Below are positions 42,255 to 51,999 of a stretch of DNA of 64,000 nucleotides, in pieces. The position numbers and the translations under genes were made by a program. Under the pieces are notes generated by a model. That model was not told where the DNA came from. It was given only the letters and a program-made list of their open reading frames with translations, and did not search any database. The stretch lies in assembly GCA_904387375.1 (NCBI GenBank), contig CAJFLE010000006.1:6376-70375 (forward strand), written 5' to 3'. Numbering within the stretch: position 1 is the stretch's first letter; every line of letters starts with the position of its first letter. Source of the DNA: Candidatus Protoclostridium gallicola (GTDB lineage: Bacteria; Bacillota; Clostridia; Christensenellales; Pumilibacteraceae).

Positions 42255-43424
42255 ATGCTGGGTAATTTCACTTACTGCAACCCCACAAAACTGTATTTCG
42301 GCGACGATTCCCTGAAATACTTGAACGACGAGCTGCCCAAGTACGGCAAGAACGTCGTGCTCGTCTACGGCGGCGGTTCCATAAAGAAAAACGGCCTGTA
42401 CGACGACGTCGTGAGCATTCTTAAAAACTGCGGCAAGACCGTGTCCGAAATATCCGGAGTCATGCCCAACCCCACCCTCGCAAAACTGTACGAGGGCGTG
42501 GAGATCGCGCGCAAGGCAAACGCCGACCTCATACTCGCCGTCGGCGGCGGCTCGGTGTGCGACTATTCCAAGGCGGTCGCCGTGTCCGTACACTGCGACG
42601 AGGATCCGTGGGAAAAGTATTACGTGCGTTTCGAGGAACCGACCTGCAGGATAGTGCCCGTAGGCTGCGTGCTGACGATGTCGGGCACCGGCTCGGAGAT
42701 GAACGCCGGCTCGGTCATCACCAACAGCGAAACCAAACAGAAGATAGGCCACGTGTTCGCGAGCGAGGAAGTCATGCCCCGCTTCTCCGTGCTCAATCCG
42801 AAGTATACGCTCACGCTGCCGAAATACCAGATGGTCGCGGGCATATACGACATATTCAACCACATCTGCGAGCAGTACTTCTCGGGCGACGACGACAATA
42901 CCAGCGACTACATCAGCGAGGGGCTTATGCGCTCCGTCGTGCATTCCTCGCGCATAGCCAACGGGAACCCGCAGGACTATGAGGCGCGCAGCAATATAAT
43001 GTGGACGGCCACGTGGGCGCTCAACACGCTCGTAGCCAAGGGCAAAACCACCGACTGGATGGTGCACATGCTCGGTCAGGCGGTGGGCGGATATACCAAC
43101 GCAACGCACGGAATGACGCTCGCCGCGGTATCCCTCGCCTACTACCGCCACATCATGCCGTACGGGCCGGCAAAGTTCGTGCGCTTCGCGAAGAACGTCT
43201 GGAACGTCAACGGCAAAGGCAAGACGGACGAGCAGATCGCAAACGAAGGCCTCGCCGCCATGGAGAGCTGGATGAAGGAACTCGGACTGGTCATGAATAT
43301 CTCCGATCTGGGCGTTACCGGGGACATGATCGAAGGCATAGCCGACGTGACGCTTGTCATGGACGGCGGTTATAAAGTGCTGAGCCGCGACGAGATCGTC
43401 GAGGTGCTGAAGGAGAGTATGTGA
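42255..43424 (+). CDS. Iron-containing alcohol dehydrogenase (butanol dehydrogenase/YqhD-like)
   Basis: 389 aa from MLGNFTYCNPTKLYFG. GGGSVCDYSKA motif. RBS ACGGAGG. Confidence 0.85.
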   Translation: MLGNFTYCNPTKLYFGDDSLKYLNDELPKYGKNVVLVYGGGSIKKNGLYDDVVSILKNCGKTVSEISGVMPNPTLAKLYEGVEIARKANADLILAVGGGSVCDYSKAVAVSVHCDEDPWEKYYVRFEEPTCRIVPVGCVLTMSGTGSEMNAGSVITNSETKQKIGHVFASEEVMPRFSVLNPKYTLTLPKYQMVAGIYDIFNHICEQYFSGDDDNTSDYISEGLMRSVVHSSRIANGNPQDYEARSNIMWTATWALNTLVAKGKTTDWMVHMLGQAVGGYTNATHGMTLAAVSLAYYRHIMPYGPAKFVRFAKNVWNVNGKGKTDEQIANEGLAAMESWMKELGLVMNISDLGVTGDMIEGIADVTLVMDGGYKVLSRDEIVEVLKESM

Positions 43425-43888
43425 TGCAAGGCAGAATTCTCGTGGCTTATTTTTCCGCAAGCGGCGTGACCGCGAAAGCGGCGAAGGAGATCGCGGACGC
43501 CGTGGGCGGCGATCTGTACGAAATCAGGCCGGAAAAGCCGTATACGACGGCGGATCTCGACTGGACGAATAAAAACAGCCGCAGCGCGCTGGAGATGAAG
43601 GATCCGGACTGCCGCCCCGCAATCGCCGGCGGCGCGCCCGACATGACGGCGTACGACACGGTATTCGTAGGTTTCCCCGTGTGGTGGTACGTCGAACCGC
43701 GCATAGTGGACACTTTCCTCGAAAGTCACGATTTTTCGGGCAAGACGCTCGTTCCCTTCGCCACTTCGGGCGGAAGCGGCATTGCGGGAGCGGAAAAGAG
43801 TCTGAAAGAGCACTGCCCCGCCGCCGAGTGGCAGCGCGGCAGACTCGTGCGCGGCGACGCCGCGGCATGGGCGAAAAGCCTTGTCTGA
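43421..43888 (+). CDS. Flavodoxin
   Basis: ILVAYFSASGVT FMN-phosphate loop and ..VFVGFPVWWY.. ATGA overlap with the preceding gene. Confidence 0.8.
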   Translation: MMQGRILVAYFSASGVTAKAAKEIADAVGGDLYEIRPEKPYTTADLDWTNKNSRSALEMKDPDCRPAIAGGAPDMTAYDTVFVGFPVWWYVEPRIVDTFLESHDFSGKTLVPFATSGGSGIAGAEKSLKEHCPAAEWQRGRLVRGDAAAWAKSLV

Positions 43889-43906
43889 GGGCGGGGAGAC
43901 AGCGTC

Positions 43907-44548
43907 ATGCCTGCAAGTTCCGAAAAACTGACAATCGCACGGAAGGAAGAAATAGTGGACGCGTGCGCGCAGCTGTACGAAACCGTGCCGTACGGCAAAA
44001 TAACGATCGGCATGATCGGAGAAAAAACTTCGTTCACGCGCACGTCGATCTATAATTATTTCAGGACGAAGGAAGAGATATTCCTCGCGCTGCTGGAACG
44101 CGAGTATGCGGCGTGGGCGGACGAGCTGGAAGAACTGGCCGCCGCCGACGCGGCGCCGGAAGAGTTCCCCGCGCGGTTCGCCGCGCTGCTGGGACGCCGG
44201 AGCTGCATGCTCAAACTGCTGGCGATGAACCTGTACGACATGGAGGCGGGCAGCAGCCTCGGCAACCTCGTCGGGTTCAAAAAAGCGTACAAAAGAGCGA
44301 TGGAAGCGACCGAACGCTGCCTGCGCAGGCACTTCACGTTCCTGACCGAAGAGAACGCGCGGCAGTTCTCGTACGCGTTCTTCCCCTTCCTGTTCGGCGT
44401 TTATCCGTATACGGAAGTCACCGACAAACAGGCCGAGGCCATGAAGACCGCCGGCGTGCCGTACCGGCCGTATACGGCGGCAAAGCTGACGGAAGCGTTC
44501 GTCGGAAAACTCATTGACGGTTTCCGTTACGACCGCGCCGGAAAGTAA
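43907..44548 (+). CDS. TetR/AcrR-family transcriptional regulator
   Basis: N-terminal HTH ..KITIGMIGEKTSFTRTSIYNYFRTKEEIF.. Confidence 0.8.
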   Translation: MPASSEKLTIARKEEIVDACAQLYETVPYGKITIGMIGEKTSFTRTSIYNYFRTKEEIFLALLEREYAAWADELEELAAADAAPEEFPARFAALLGRRSCMLKLLAMNLYDMEAGSSLGNLVGFKKAYKRAMEATERCLRRHFTFLTEENARQFSYAFFPFLFGVYPYTEVTDKQAEAMKTAGVPYRPYTAAKLTEAFVGKLIDGFRYDRAGK

Positions 44549-44556
44549 GAATGAAC

Positions 44557-44600
44557 ACGCGCCCCGAAGTCTGTCGGACTTCGGGGCGCGTTTCGCGTTT
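44557..44600. terminator. Bidirectional terminator between convergent TetR genes
   Basis: 15-bp stem ACGCGCCCCGAAGTC/GACTTCGGGGCGCGT with a 5-nt loop, then TTCGCGTTTT. Confidence 0.8.
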
Positions 44601-44616
44601 TATCCGCTTCGGTTTT

Positions 44617-45168
44617 TCATCCGGCAAGCGCCGCGCCTTTCAGCGCGCATAAATAATATTTCGTCAGCGCTTCCGGCGCGTCCGAAAAATCCCTGCCGAC
44701 CCACCAGCGCACCGTTTCGATAAAGCTGCCTACGGTATGATTGATAAGGTATTCCCTCGGAACGTCGGAAACGCCGGGCCGCATGTCCCGCACCATATCC
44801 GTCAGATAGCCGCGGAAATAACGGAGAAAGATTTCCCCGCCCTCGCTCGACAATATGCCTTTTATCACCTTTTTGTCGTCGAGAAAATGATAGAGAATGT
44901 GCATGATTTTTTCTTCGAATGTAGAGTCGCGCGAAAACGTGTGCGTTGCTTCCGTTCCGTCGGGCACAAAAATATGCCCGAACAGATCGGTACACTTGGC
45001 GCGCAGCAGATCGTCTTTGGTTTCGAAATGCTCATAGAACGTACTGCGTCCGATGTCCGCTTCGTCTATAATGTTCTGCACCGAAATTTTCGCATAATCG
45101 TTTTTCACGATAAGCGCGTCGAAGGCGGCGAAAATCGCCTTTCTCGTCTTTGCGATCCGTCTGTCCAT
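44617..45168 (-). CDS. TetR/AcrR-family transcriptional regulator
   Basis: 183 aa from MDRRIAKTRKAIFAAF.. HTH ..ISVQNIIDEADIGRSTFYEHFETKDDLL.. Divergent from the P-type ATPase gene. Confidence 0.8.
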   Translation of the reverse strand: MDRRIAKTRKAIFAAFDALIVKNDYAKISVQNIIDEADIGRSTFYEHFETKDDLLRAKCTDLFGHIFVPDGTEATHTFSRDSTFEEKIMHILYHFLDDKKVIKGILSSEGGEIFLRYFRGYLTDMVRDMRPGVSDVPREYLINHTVGSFIETVRWWVGRDFSDAPEALTKYYLCALKGAALAG

Positions 45169-45346
45169 AAAAATCTCCTTATCCCCGCACAATTTCGCGC
45201 TTTTGTCCGCTAACGGACGAAGCTGCAAAACCGGTTGCCGTACGCGCTGTACTTTGTGCGGATTTTTTATTATACTGTTATCAAACAAAGTGTCCGGAAA
45301 CAAATACAGTATAAGCTATTTCGGCCCAAAAGTCAAGGAGGTCTTT

Positions 45347-47278
45347 ATGTTAAAGAAAATTGCGGATTATCTCGGCAAGGGAAGAATGGCGATCGTTTCC
45401 GGCGTGTTTCTCGCGTTCAGTCTCGCGCTGCTCATCGTCGGGAATTTCGTCGAGTTGAATATCAGCCCGTATCTCGACCCGGCGTGGGTTACGGTAGTCA
45501 TATCGGGGTATCCGCTCGTTTACAGCGCCCTGCATCGTCTGTTTAAGCAACGCCGGATTTCGAGCGCGCTGCTCATCACCATTGCCATGGTTGCCGCGCT
45601 TGTAATCGGACAGGTGTTTGCGGCTGGCGAAGTCGCTTTCATAATGGCAATCGGCGAGATTCTGGAAAACAAAACCACGGAGCGCGCAAAAAAGGGTATC
45701 AACAAGCTGATAAACATGACGCCGCAGACGGGGCGCGTGATTTATGAGGAAAACGGCATTGCGGCCGAAAAGGTCATTCCCGCAGAGGAAATTAAGGCGG
45801 GCATGAAACTGCGCGTACTTGCAGGCGAAACCATCCCCGCGGACGGCAAGATAATTTCGGGCACGACTTCCGTCGATCAGTCTATCATGACGGGCGAGAG
45901 CCTGCCAGTAGATAAATGCGAGGGCGACGAGGTCTTCTGCGGCACGATGAACTGCTACGGTTCCGTGGACATCGAGGCGACGAAAGTCGGGGAAAATTCT
46001 TCCCTGCAAAAGATGATACGCCTGCTCAGAGACGCAGAAAACAAAAAAGCGCCAATGCAGCGGATTGCGGATAAGTGGTCGGTCTGGCTCGTGCCCGTAG
46101 CGCTGCTCATTGCGATAGTCACCACGCTCGTTACATATTTCGCGCTCGATTATTCGTTCTACGACGCGCTCGTGCGCGGCGTGACGATACTCGTTGTGTT
46201 CTGCCCATGCTCGCTCGTTCTGGCGACGCCCACGGCCGTCATGGCAGGCATAGGTCAGGCGACAAAATACGGCGTCCTCATCAAGTCGGGCGAGGCGATC
46301 GAAGCAACGGGCAAGGCAAACTGCATCGCGTTCGATAAGACCGGCACGCTCACGTTCGGTAAGCTTTCGGTGAGCAACGTGATTTCCTTCGGTTCGCTTT
46401 CGGAAAATGAGCTTCTAGCGGTTACGGCGGCGATTGAGAGCAGGAGCGAACACCCGCTCGGCAAGGCAATCGCGGCATTCGCGCAGGAGAAAAATATTGC
46501 GCTTTCGAAAGCAGAAAACTTTGCCATGATCGCCGGCAAGGGCGTAAGCGGGTTTGTAGACGGAAGACAGTATTTCTGCGGCAACCGCAAATATCTCGAA
46601 GAGAACGGCGTCTCCTTTACGGAACAGCAGAACAGTGCGCTTGACGCGCTGCGCGCGGAAGGAAAAGCGGTCATTTTAATAGCGGACAACGAGCAGGCGA
46701 TCGGCGCGGTCGCGCTCTCCGATACCCTGCGTCCCTCGGCAAAGGAGACGGTGCGCAAGCTCAAAAAGCTCGGCTACGAGGTAGTGTCGCTCACGGGCGA
46801 CCACAGGGCGACGGCAGAATACTTTGCCGGGCAGGTCGGCATCACAAACGTGAAGGCAGAACTGCTGCCCGAAGATAAAGTAAATGCGATAACGGAACTG
46901 CAAGAGCAAGGTTATAACGTGTGCATGATCGGCGACGGCGTAAACGACGCGCCCGCGTTAAAGACGGCAAACGTCGGCGTTGCGATGAGCAGCGTTGGCA
47001 GCGATATCGCGACGGAAGCCGCAGGAATCGCGCTCATCGGCGACGACATCGAAAAATTACCGTATCTTTGCGTGATGGCGCGCGGAACGTTCCGCACCAT
47101 CAAGTTCGGCATCGCGCTCTCCATGACGATCAACTTTGTCGCCATTCTGCTCTCGGCGTTCGGCTTGCTCGTTCCCGTTACGGCGGCTATCGTCCACAAT
47201 GCGGGCTCTGTCCTCGTAGTGCTTATAGCGGCGTTGCTGTATGACAGAAAATTCATGAAAAAAGCGGACAAAATCTGA
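45347..47278 (+). CDS. Heavy-metal-translocating P1B-type ATPase (Cd/Zn/Co-like; no N-terminal HMA domain)
   Basis: 643 aa from MLKKIADYLG. CPC motif (VVFCPCSLVLATP), phosphorylation site AFDKTGTLT, hinge GDGVNDAPAL. Confidence 0.85.
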   Translation: MLKKIADYLGKGRMAIVSGVFLAFSLALLIVGNFVELNISPYLDPAWVTVVISGYPLVYSALHRLFKQRRISSALLITIAMVAALVIGQVFAAGEVAFIMAIGEILENKTTERAKKGINKLINMTPQTGRVIYEENGIAAEKVIPAEEIKAGMKLRVLAGETIPADGKIISGTTSVDQSIMTGESLPVDKCEGDEVFCGTMNCYGSVDIEATKVGENSSLQKMIRLLRDAENKKAPMQRIADKWSVWLVPVALLIAIVTTLVTYFALDYSFYDALVRGVTILVVFCPCSLVLATPTAVMAGIGQATKYGVLIKSGEAIEATGKANCIAFDKTGTLTFGKLSVSNVISFGSLSENELLAVTAAIESRSEHPLGKAIAAFAQEKNIALSKAENFAMIAGKGVSGFVDGRQYFCGNRKYLEENGVSFTEQQNSALDALRAEGKAVILIADNEQAIGAVALSDTLRPSAKETVRKLKKLGYEVVSLTGDHRATAEYFAGQVGITNVKAELLPEDKVNAITELQEQGYNVCMIGDGVNDAPALKTANVGVAMSSVGSDIATEAAGIALIGDDIEKLPYLCVMARGTFRTIKFGIALSMTINFVAILLSAFGLLVPVTAAIVHNAGSVLVVLIAALLYDRKFMKKADKI

Positions 47279-47372
47279 TAAGCGCCGCCAACGAATCGAA
47301 CGCTTGAGCGTCCGCGTTTGCTTCCCCGCGCGTTTTGTGATATAATGCGGAAAACACCGATCGGGAGGGAGT

Positions 47373-47955
47373 ATGAAACGCGAATATTTCATAGCGCCGT
47401 GCACGGGCGCGGCGATAGACGTAAAAAAGGGGACAGACGGTCACCGTCACGGACGTCGAGGGCGGCCAGGTGGCGGACTTCTTCGCCGAAACAGCGGGCA
47501 GATCGGACGAATTTCTGTCCACGGGCGTGACGATAGACTGCAACGAGTCGCTGAAACTGCGGCCGGGCGACGCGATATATTCCAATCTGTACCGGCCGAT
47601 GTTCCGCGTCGTGTCCGACGACGTCGGCGAGCACGACCTGCTCCACCCCTGCTGCCGCCCCGAAATGTACGACTTTTTCTACGGCAACGGCGGCGGTCAC
47701 CCCAACTGCCTCGACAACATAAACGCATGCCTGCGGCATGTCCGCCCGATAATCCACCCCGTCAATCTGTTCATGCACACCGTCATCAACCCCGACGGCA
47801 GCATAAAAGTCGCCCGCCCCGTTTCCGGAGCCGGCGACGGAATCGTACTGCGGGCGGAAGAGGACGTGCGCGTCGCCGTCGCGGCGTGCAGCGTGTCCGA
47901 AAGCGAATGCAACGCCGGCAGATGCACCGCGCTGAAAGTCACGGTCGAAGGATAA
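47373..47955 (+). pseudogene. DUF1989 (urea carboxylase-associated/aminomethyltransferase-like) gene interrupted by a +1 frame change in an A6G4 run
   Basis: Frame 0 gives MKREYFIAPCTGAAIDVKKG. Family-typical ..QTVTVTDVEGGQVADFFAE.. continues in the +1 frame from about 47431. Removing one base from AAAAAAGGGG (47423..47432) restores a single ORF. Confidence 0.65.
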
Positions 47956-47966
47956 GAAGAAGAACG

Positions 47967-48000
47967 CGAGCCCCGAAAATCCACGGATTTTCGGGGCTCG
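47967..48000. terminator. Bidirectional hairpin between convergent genes
   Basis: CGAGCCCCGAAAATC..GATTTTCGGGGCTCG, a stem of about 15 bp. On the minus strand it is followed by TTCTTCTTCTT. Confidence 0.65.
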
Positions 48001-48051
48001 TATCATATATATCGATTATTTTTATGCAATCTTATCCGGCATATATTACGA

Positions 48052-48942
48052 TTATCCGCCGCAGCGGGAGATAAGCGCTTTCAGCTCGTCCGCGGAAAAG
48101 CGGTACTTTCTGTTGCAGAAGTGGCAGGACAGTTCGGCGCCGCCGTCGGTGCTCAGCAGTTCGGTCAGCTCCTCCCTGCCCAGCGCAATCAGCGCGCTCT
48201 CCATGCGCCCGCGCGAGCAGTCGCAGACGAAGCGCACGGGTGAACGTCCCAGCGTTTCACAGCCGAGGTCGCCGAGCGCCAGTTCCGCCAGCGATTCGGG
48301 CGTGTGCCCATGTTCGTACAGCGAAGTCAGGCTGCCGAGCGAGGACAGGCGGTTTTCGAGCAGTTCCGCCGTCCGGTCGTCCGAGCCGGGCATGAGCTGA
48401 ATCATGAACCCGCCGGCGCGGCGCACGGAGCGGTCGGTATCGACAAGCACGCCCAGCGACACGGCGGACGGGATCTGTTCGGACTGCGCGTAATAGTATG
48501 CGACGTCCTCGGCGATCTCGCCCGTCACCAGCTCCACGGTGCCCGAATACGGCTGCTTGTCGCCGTTATCGCGCACGACGGTGAGCGTGCCGCGTCCCAT
48601 GGCGCCGCCCACGTCCAGCTTGCCGTCGGAGCGCAGGGGCAGATCGGCGAGCGGGCTGTACGGATAGCCCTTTACGCGCCCGCGGCTGTCGGCGGTCGCA
48701 AGCAGTCCGCCGCCCGGGCCGTCGCCCTTGACGATGAGAGTTACGAGATCGTCGTCGTTTTTGAGCGTCTGCCCCATCATCGCCGCGGCGGTGAGCAGTC
48801 TGCCCAGCGCGGCGGTCATGACCGGCGACGTGCCGTGCACCTTCGCGGCCTCGCCGACCGAAGCACGCGTATCCGCGAAGAAAGCGCGCACCGTGCCGTC
48901 TGCGGCGACGACGCGCAGTATATAATCCTCTTTCTGTTCCAT
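48052..48942 (-). CDS. hslO: Redox-regulated chaperone Hsp33
   Basis: 296 aa. C-terminal zinc centre CDCS..CHFCNRKY. The N-terminal pattern is typical of Hsp33. Confidence 0.85.
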   Translation of the reverse strand: MEQKEDYILRVVAADGTVRAFFADTRASVGEAAKVHGTSPVMTAALGRLLTAAAMMGQTLKNDDDLVTLIVKGDGPGGGLLATADSRGRVKGYPYSPLADLPLRSDGKLDVGGAMGRGTLTVVRDNGDKQPYSGTVELVTGEIAEDVAYYYAQSEQIPSAVSLGVLVDTDRSVRRAGGFMIQLMPGSDDRTAELLENRLSSLGSLTSLYEHGHTPESLAELALGDLGCETLGRSPVRFVCDCSRGRMESALIALGREELTELLSTDGGAELSCHFCNRKYRFSADELKALISRCGG

Positions 48943-48997
48943 ACCCGTATTATAGCAGAAGCCGCGTCCGCGCGCAAGCGGTCGGGTGTGGAAAACG

Positions 48998-49835
48998 TTA
49001 TTCCTGGTTGTCGAAATCCATGTCGAGCGAAAGGTACGCCTTTGCCGCGTCTTCGAGCGACATATTGTAGTAGCGCGTGTTTTTGTCCAGCGCGGCGATC
49101 TCTTTCATCTCGCCTTCCGTCAGCGCGAAATCGAAAATGTCGAGATTGCTCTTTATGTGCTCGGGATTTTTGGAGCCGGGGATGACTATGTTGCCCGACT
49201 GCACGTGCCAGCGCAGTATGATCTGCGCGTTCGTCTTGTTATACTTCGCCGCGAGGCGGGTGAACACCTCTTCGCCGACGAGCGCTCTGTCGCCGTGGCC
49301 GAGCGGATACCACGCCATAAGCGCCATGCCGCGGGGCGCGAGGAATTTTTTGAGTTCGGTCTGCGGGAAGTACGGGTGCGCTTCCACCTGAACGAGCTGC
49401 GGCACGATTTCGCATTCATCGATCACCTTCCGTATTCTGTCCTCGGGGAAATTGGACAGGCCGAACGACCTGACCTTGCCGGCGGCATACGCCTTTTCCA
49501 TCGCCTTATAGCCCGCAATATAATCTCCGACGGGCTGGTGCAGAATGAGCATATCCACGTAGTCGGTGCCGAGGCGCGCGAGAGTGGCGTCGATCGCCCT
49601 TTCGCCGTCGGCGTATTCCGTCGGCCACAGCTTGGTCACGAGGAAGATATCCTCCCTCTTCACGCCGCTGCGCCTGATGCCCCTGCCCACTCCGCGCTCG
49701 TTCATGTATGCGTTCGCGGTATCGATAACCAAGCGCGGCGAGCACCGCGTTTTCCGCGTCTTTGGGCGAAAGCAGAAAGGTTCCTATGCCCGCCGCGGGC
49801 ATTTTCACTCCGTTGTTCAACGTAAAGTATTCCAT
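48998..49835 (-). pseudogene. Aldo/keto reductase split by a frameshift near 49722..49733
   Basis: MEYFTLNNGVKMPAAGIGTF..AVLAALGYR (frame of 49835) and IDTANAYMNERGVG..LWPTEY..SNF..IPGSKNPEH (frame of 49732) together make one ~279-aa AKR. The codons for GYR and IDTA physically overlap in GGTTATCGATACC. Confidence 0.65.
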
Positions 49836-49979
49836 AATTAAAATCTCCTTGTCCTTTTTCTTATATTATATCCCGCGCCCGCTCGTTTGTAAAATACCGT
49901 TTTTGCAACACGGGTATAACCTGCGCGCATAGCTTGACGGATCGTCGGCCGCGTTATATAATATACACGGAGGTGCGAT

Positions 49980-50831
49980 ATGATAGAATTCCACCAGCTG
50001 CGCCAGTTCGCGGCCGTCGCAGAATGCGGCACGCTTTCCGCTGCCGCGGAAAAGCTTTACATCTCTCAGCCCGCGCTCACCCGCTCCATGCAGCGGCTGG
50101 AACGCGAAGCGGGAGTCACCCTGTTCGACAGACGGAAAAGCAAAATATCGTTAAACGAAAACGGAAAATTCCTGCTCTCCCTCGTCGGCAAGCTGACGGA
50201 GGAGTTCGATTCGATGGTGGACCGGCTGCGCGCGTTCGACAAAAGCCGGCGCACGATCACCGTCGAGTCGTGCGCGCCCGCGCCGCTGTGGGAGCTGATG
50301 CCCGCGCTGTCCGCGCACTTCCCCGGCATGACCGTGTCGTCGGGAATGAAGGACGAGGACAGCCTCGCGCGCGATCTCGAAAGCGGCGAGACGGATATAA
50401 TCGTCACCCGCCGCCCCGAAACGCCGGGCGCGTTATGCTTCGAACTGGGGCGGGAGCGGCTGCTGCTCAACGTGCCGAAAACGCACCCGCTTGCGGGCAG
50501 AAAAAGCGTGACGTTCGCGGAGATAGAACACTATTCCTTCCTGCTGTACTCGCAGATCGGCGAGTGGGAGCCGCTGGTGCGGCGCGTCATGCCGCACACG
50601 CATTTCATCGTGCAAGACGACTGGGACAATTTCATTTCGCTGTCGCAGATTTCGGCGCTGCCATCCTTCAATTCCGACCTTGCCGTCAGATTCTACGGCC
50701 GCTCGGAAAACTCCGTCGTCATACCGATCACGGACGACGAGGCGGAAATGATCTATTACTGCCACATACGCGCGGATAAAAAGCGGGAGCTGCGCCCGCT
50801 GTGGGAAACGTATATCGGGAAACATATATAA
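49980..50831 (+). CDS. LysR-family transcriptional regulator
   Basis: MIEFHQLRQFAAVAECGTLSAAAEKLYISQPALTRSMQRLE is a canonical LysR HTH. Divergent from the AKR gene. Confidence 0.85.
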   Translation: MIEFHQLRQFAAVAECGTLSAAAEKLYISQPALTRSMQRLEREAGVTLFDRRKSKISLNENGKFLLSLVGKLTEEFDSMVDRLRAFDKSRRTITVESCAPAPLWELMPALSAHFPGMTVSSGMKDEDSLARDLESGETDIIVTRRPETPGALCFELGRERLLLNVPKTHPLAGRKSVTFAEIEHYSFLLYSQIGEWEPLVRRVMPHTHFIVQDDWDNFISLSQISALPSFNSDLAVRFYGRSENSVVIPITDDEAEMIYYCHIRADKKRELRPLWETYIGKHI

Positions 50832-50855
50832 AATAATCGATATTAAAATAAATAT

Positions 50856-50882
50856 CCCCGCGTAAAACGCGGGGTATTTCAT
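50856..50882 (+). terminator. Terminator of the LysR gene
   Basis: CCCCGCG-TAAAA-CGCGGGG followed by TATTTCATT. Confidence 0.6.
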
Positions 50883-50942
50883 TGTCGCTTAAGCGCAATA
50901 AACCACCACTTTAAGTGGTGGTTTATTGCGCTTAAGCGACAA
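50882..50942. repeat. Perfect palindrome: 29-nt arms, 3-nt centre
   Basis: TTGTCGCTTAAGCGCAATAAACCACCACT-TTA-AGTGGTGGTTTATTGCGCTTAAGCGACAA. The arms were checked base by base. Each arm also contains the 10-bp palindrome CGCTTAAGCG. Confidence 0.95.
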
Positions 50943-50978
50943 GAAAATCCGCCACAGGAGATATTCCCGCGGCGGAAT
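50941..50978 (-). terminator. Terminator belonging to the foreign GH3 fragment
   Basis: Minus strand reads ATTCCGCC..GGCGGAT followed by TTTCTT, 34 nt after the fragment stop. Confidence 0.5.
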
Positions 50979-51011
50979 GTGAAACTTACAAGGCTTATAT
51001 ATTAAATAATT

Positions 51012-51530
51012 CTACTGTTTGTCTTTAGAAATGGCTTCTTTGCTACGCTTTTTAAGAGATGAGCGTATAGCAAAAAATCCCCAAACGGCAATCCCAACTG
51101 CTATGATGACATCTGCAACAATAAGAACGAGCTGCCAAATCGGCATTGTATAGCCAACTATTTCCGAATTCATCGCGTTTGAATTAACTACAGTATATAG
51201 GATATTCTTTGCACATTGACGAAGAATATGCAAATCTACCACACTTGTTTCATCAAAATCACTCCAATTATATTGTAATTGATTATTAAGATTCAAATCG
51301 CCGCCGGCATATGCCATCTGACGCGCATTCATATATGAACCGCTGGTAAAATCAGATATAACAGTGCCTTTAAAGCCCCATTCATTTCTAAGTATTTCAG
51401 TTAATAAGCGGTAATCACCGCCGGTCCAGCGCGCCCCAATACGAGTGAAAGAACTCATGATCGCGCGGGTTCCGCCATCTTTAACAGCTATTTCAAAAGG
51501 TTTGAGGTAAATTTCGCGTATAGCCTTTAG
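51012..51530 (-). pseudogene. 3' fragment (about 170 codons) of an AT-rich GH3 gene
   Basis: ..ALKAIREIYLKPFEIAVKDGGTRAIMSSFTRIGARWTGGDYRLLTEILRNEWGFKGTVISDF.. plus a C-terminal TM helix, collinear with the last ~170 aa of the 990-aa GH3. There is no upstream catalytic or sandwich domain. Codon usage is very different from the resident paralogs. Confidence 0.75.
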
Positions 51531-51930
51531 CGCGGTAAAAGTCCGCCCCGCGCAGTATCGCTTTCTCAGGGTCGGCTATCTCATCCAATCGTTCGCTGCC
51601 CACCTGTGCGAGCCACATCTTGAACGGTTCGGCTTTCGGCGACGGGATGGACTGCACGAGCCGGAGTACGCCTTTGGTATCTAGACAGTCGGTCGTTCGC
51701 ATCTTGCCGTCATCGGCGCGCATTTTCAACCGGTTACAAAATGTAACCAATTCGCTCCCTTCCTTGGACAGCCGATTTTTCAATACTTTCCAATAATTGC
51801 GCGCAGACTGGTAATCCGAATCAGTAAGGACGACTACTACGTCCACCACCGAAAAATACCACTCCTCTTCCTCGGCGTTCCATACCGTCCGCACGCGTTT
51901 GTTCTCGAATACCTTTATCTTGTTTTCCAT
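51493..51930 (-). pseudogene. Bro-N/KilA-N-type (DinD-like) gene, truncated at its 3' end
   Basis: MENKIKVFENKRVRTVWNAEEEEWYFSVVDVVVVL.. is a Bro-N pattern. Similarity ends at ..YRAKGYT (about 51517), where the reading frame runs into the GH3 fragment and stops after 7 unrelated codons. Confidence 0.55.
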
Positions 51931-51999
51931 TACTGCTCCTCGCTTGAAATAATTGTATCATATAAACAATAATTTTTCAATATAATCCGACAAAATTTT

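Noticed and set aside
47421-47432. A AAA AAG heptamer, identical to the dnaX -1 slippery site, at the DUF1989 frame break. Possible programmed frameshift.
   Set aside because: Restoring the protein needs a +1 (or -2) shift, not -1, and no downstream stimulatory hairpin was seen. A mutation or homopolymer sequencing error is the simpler explanation.
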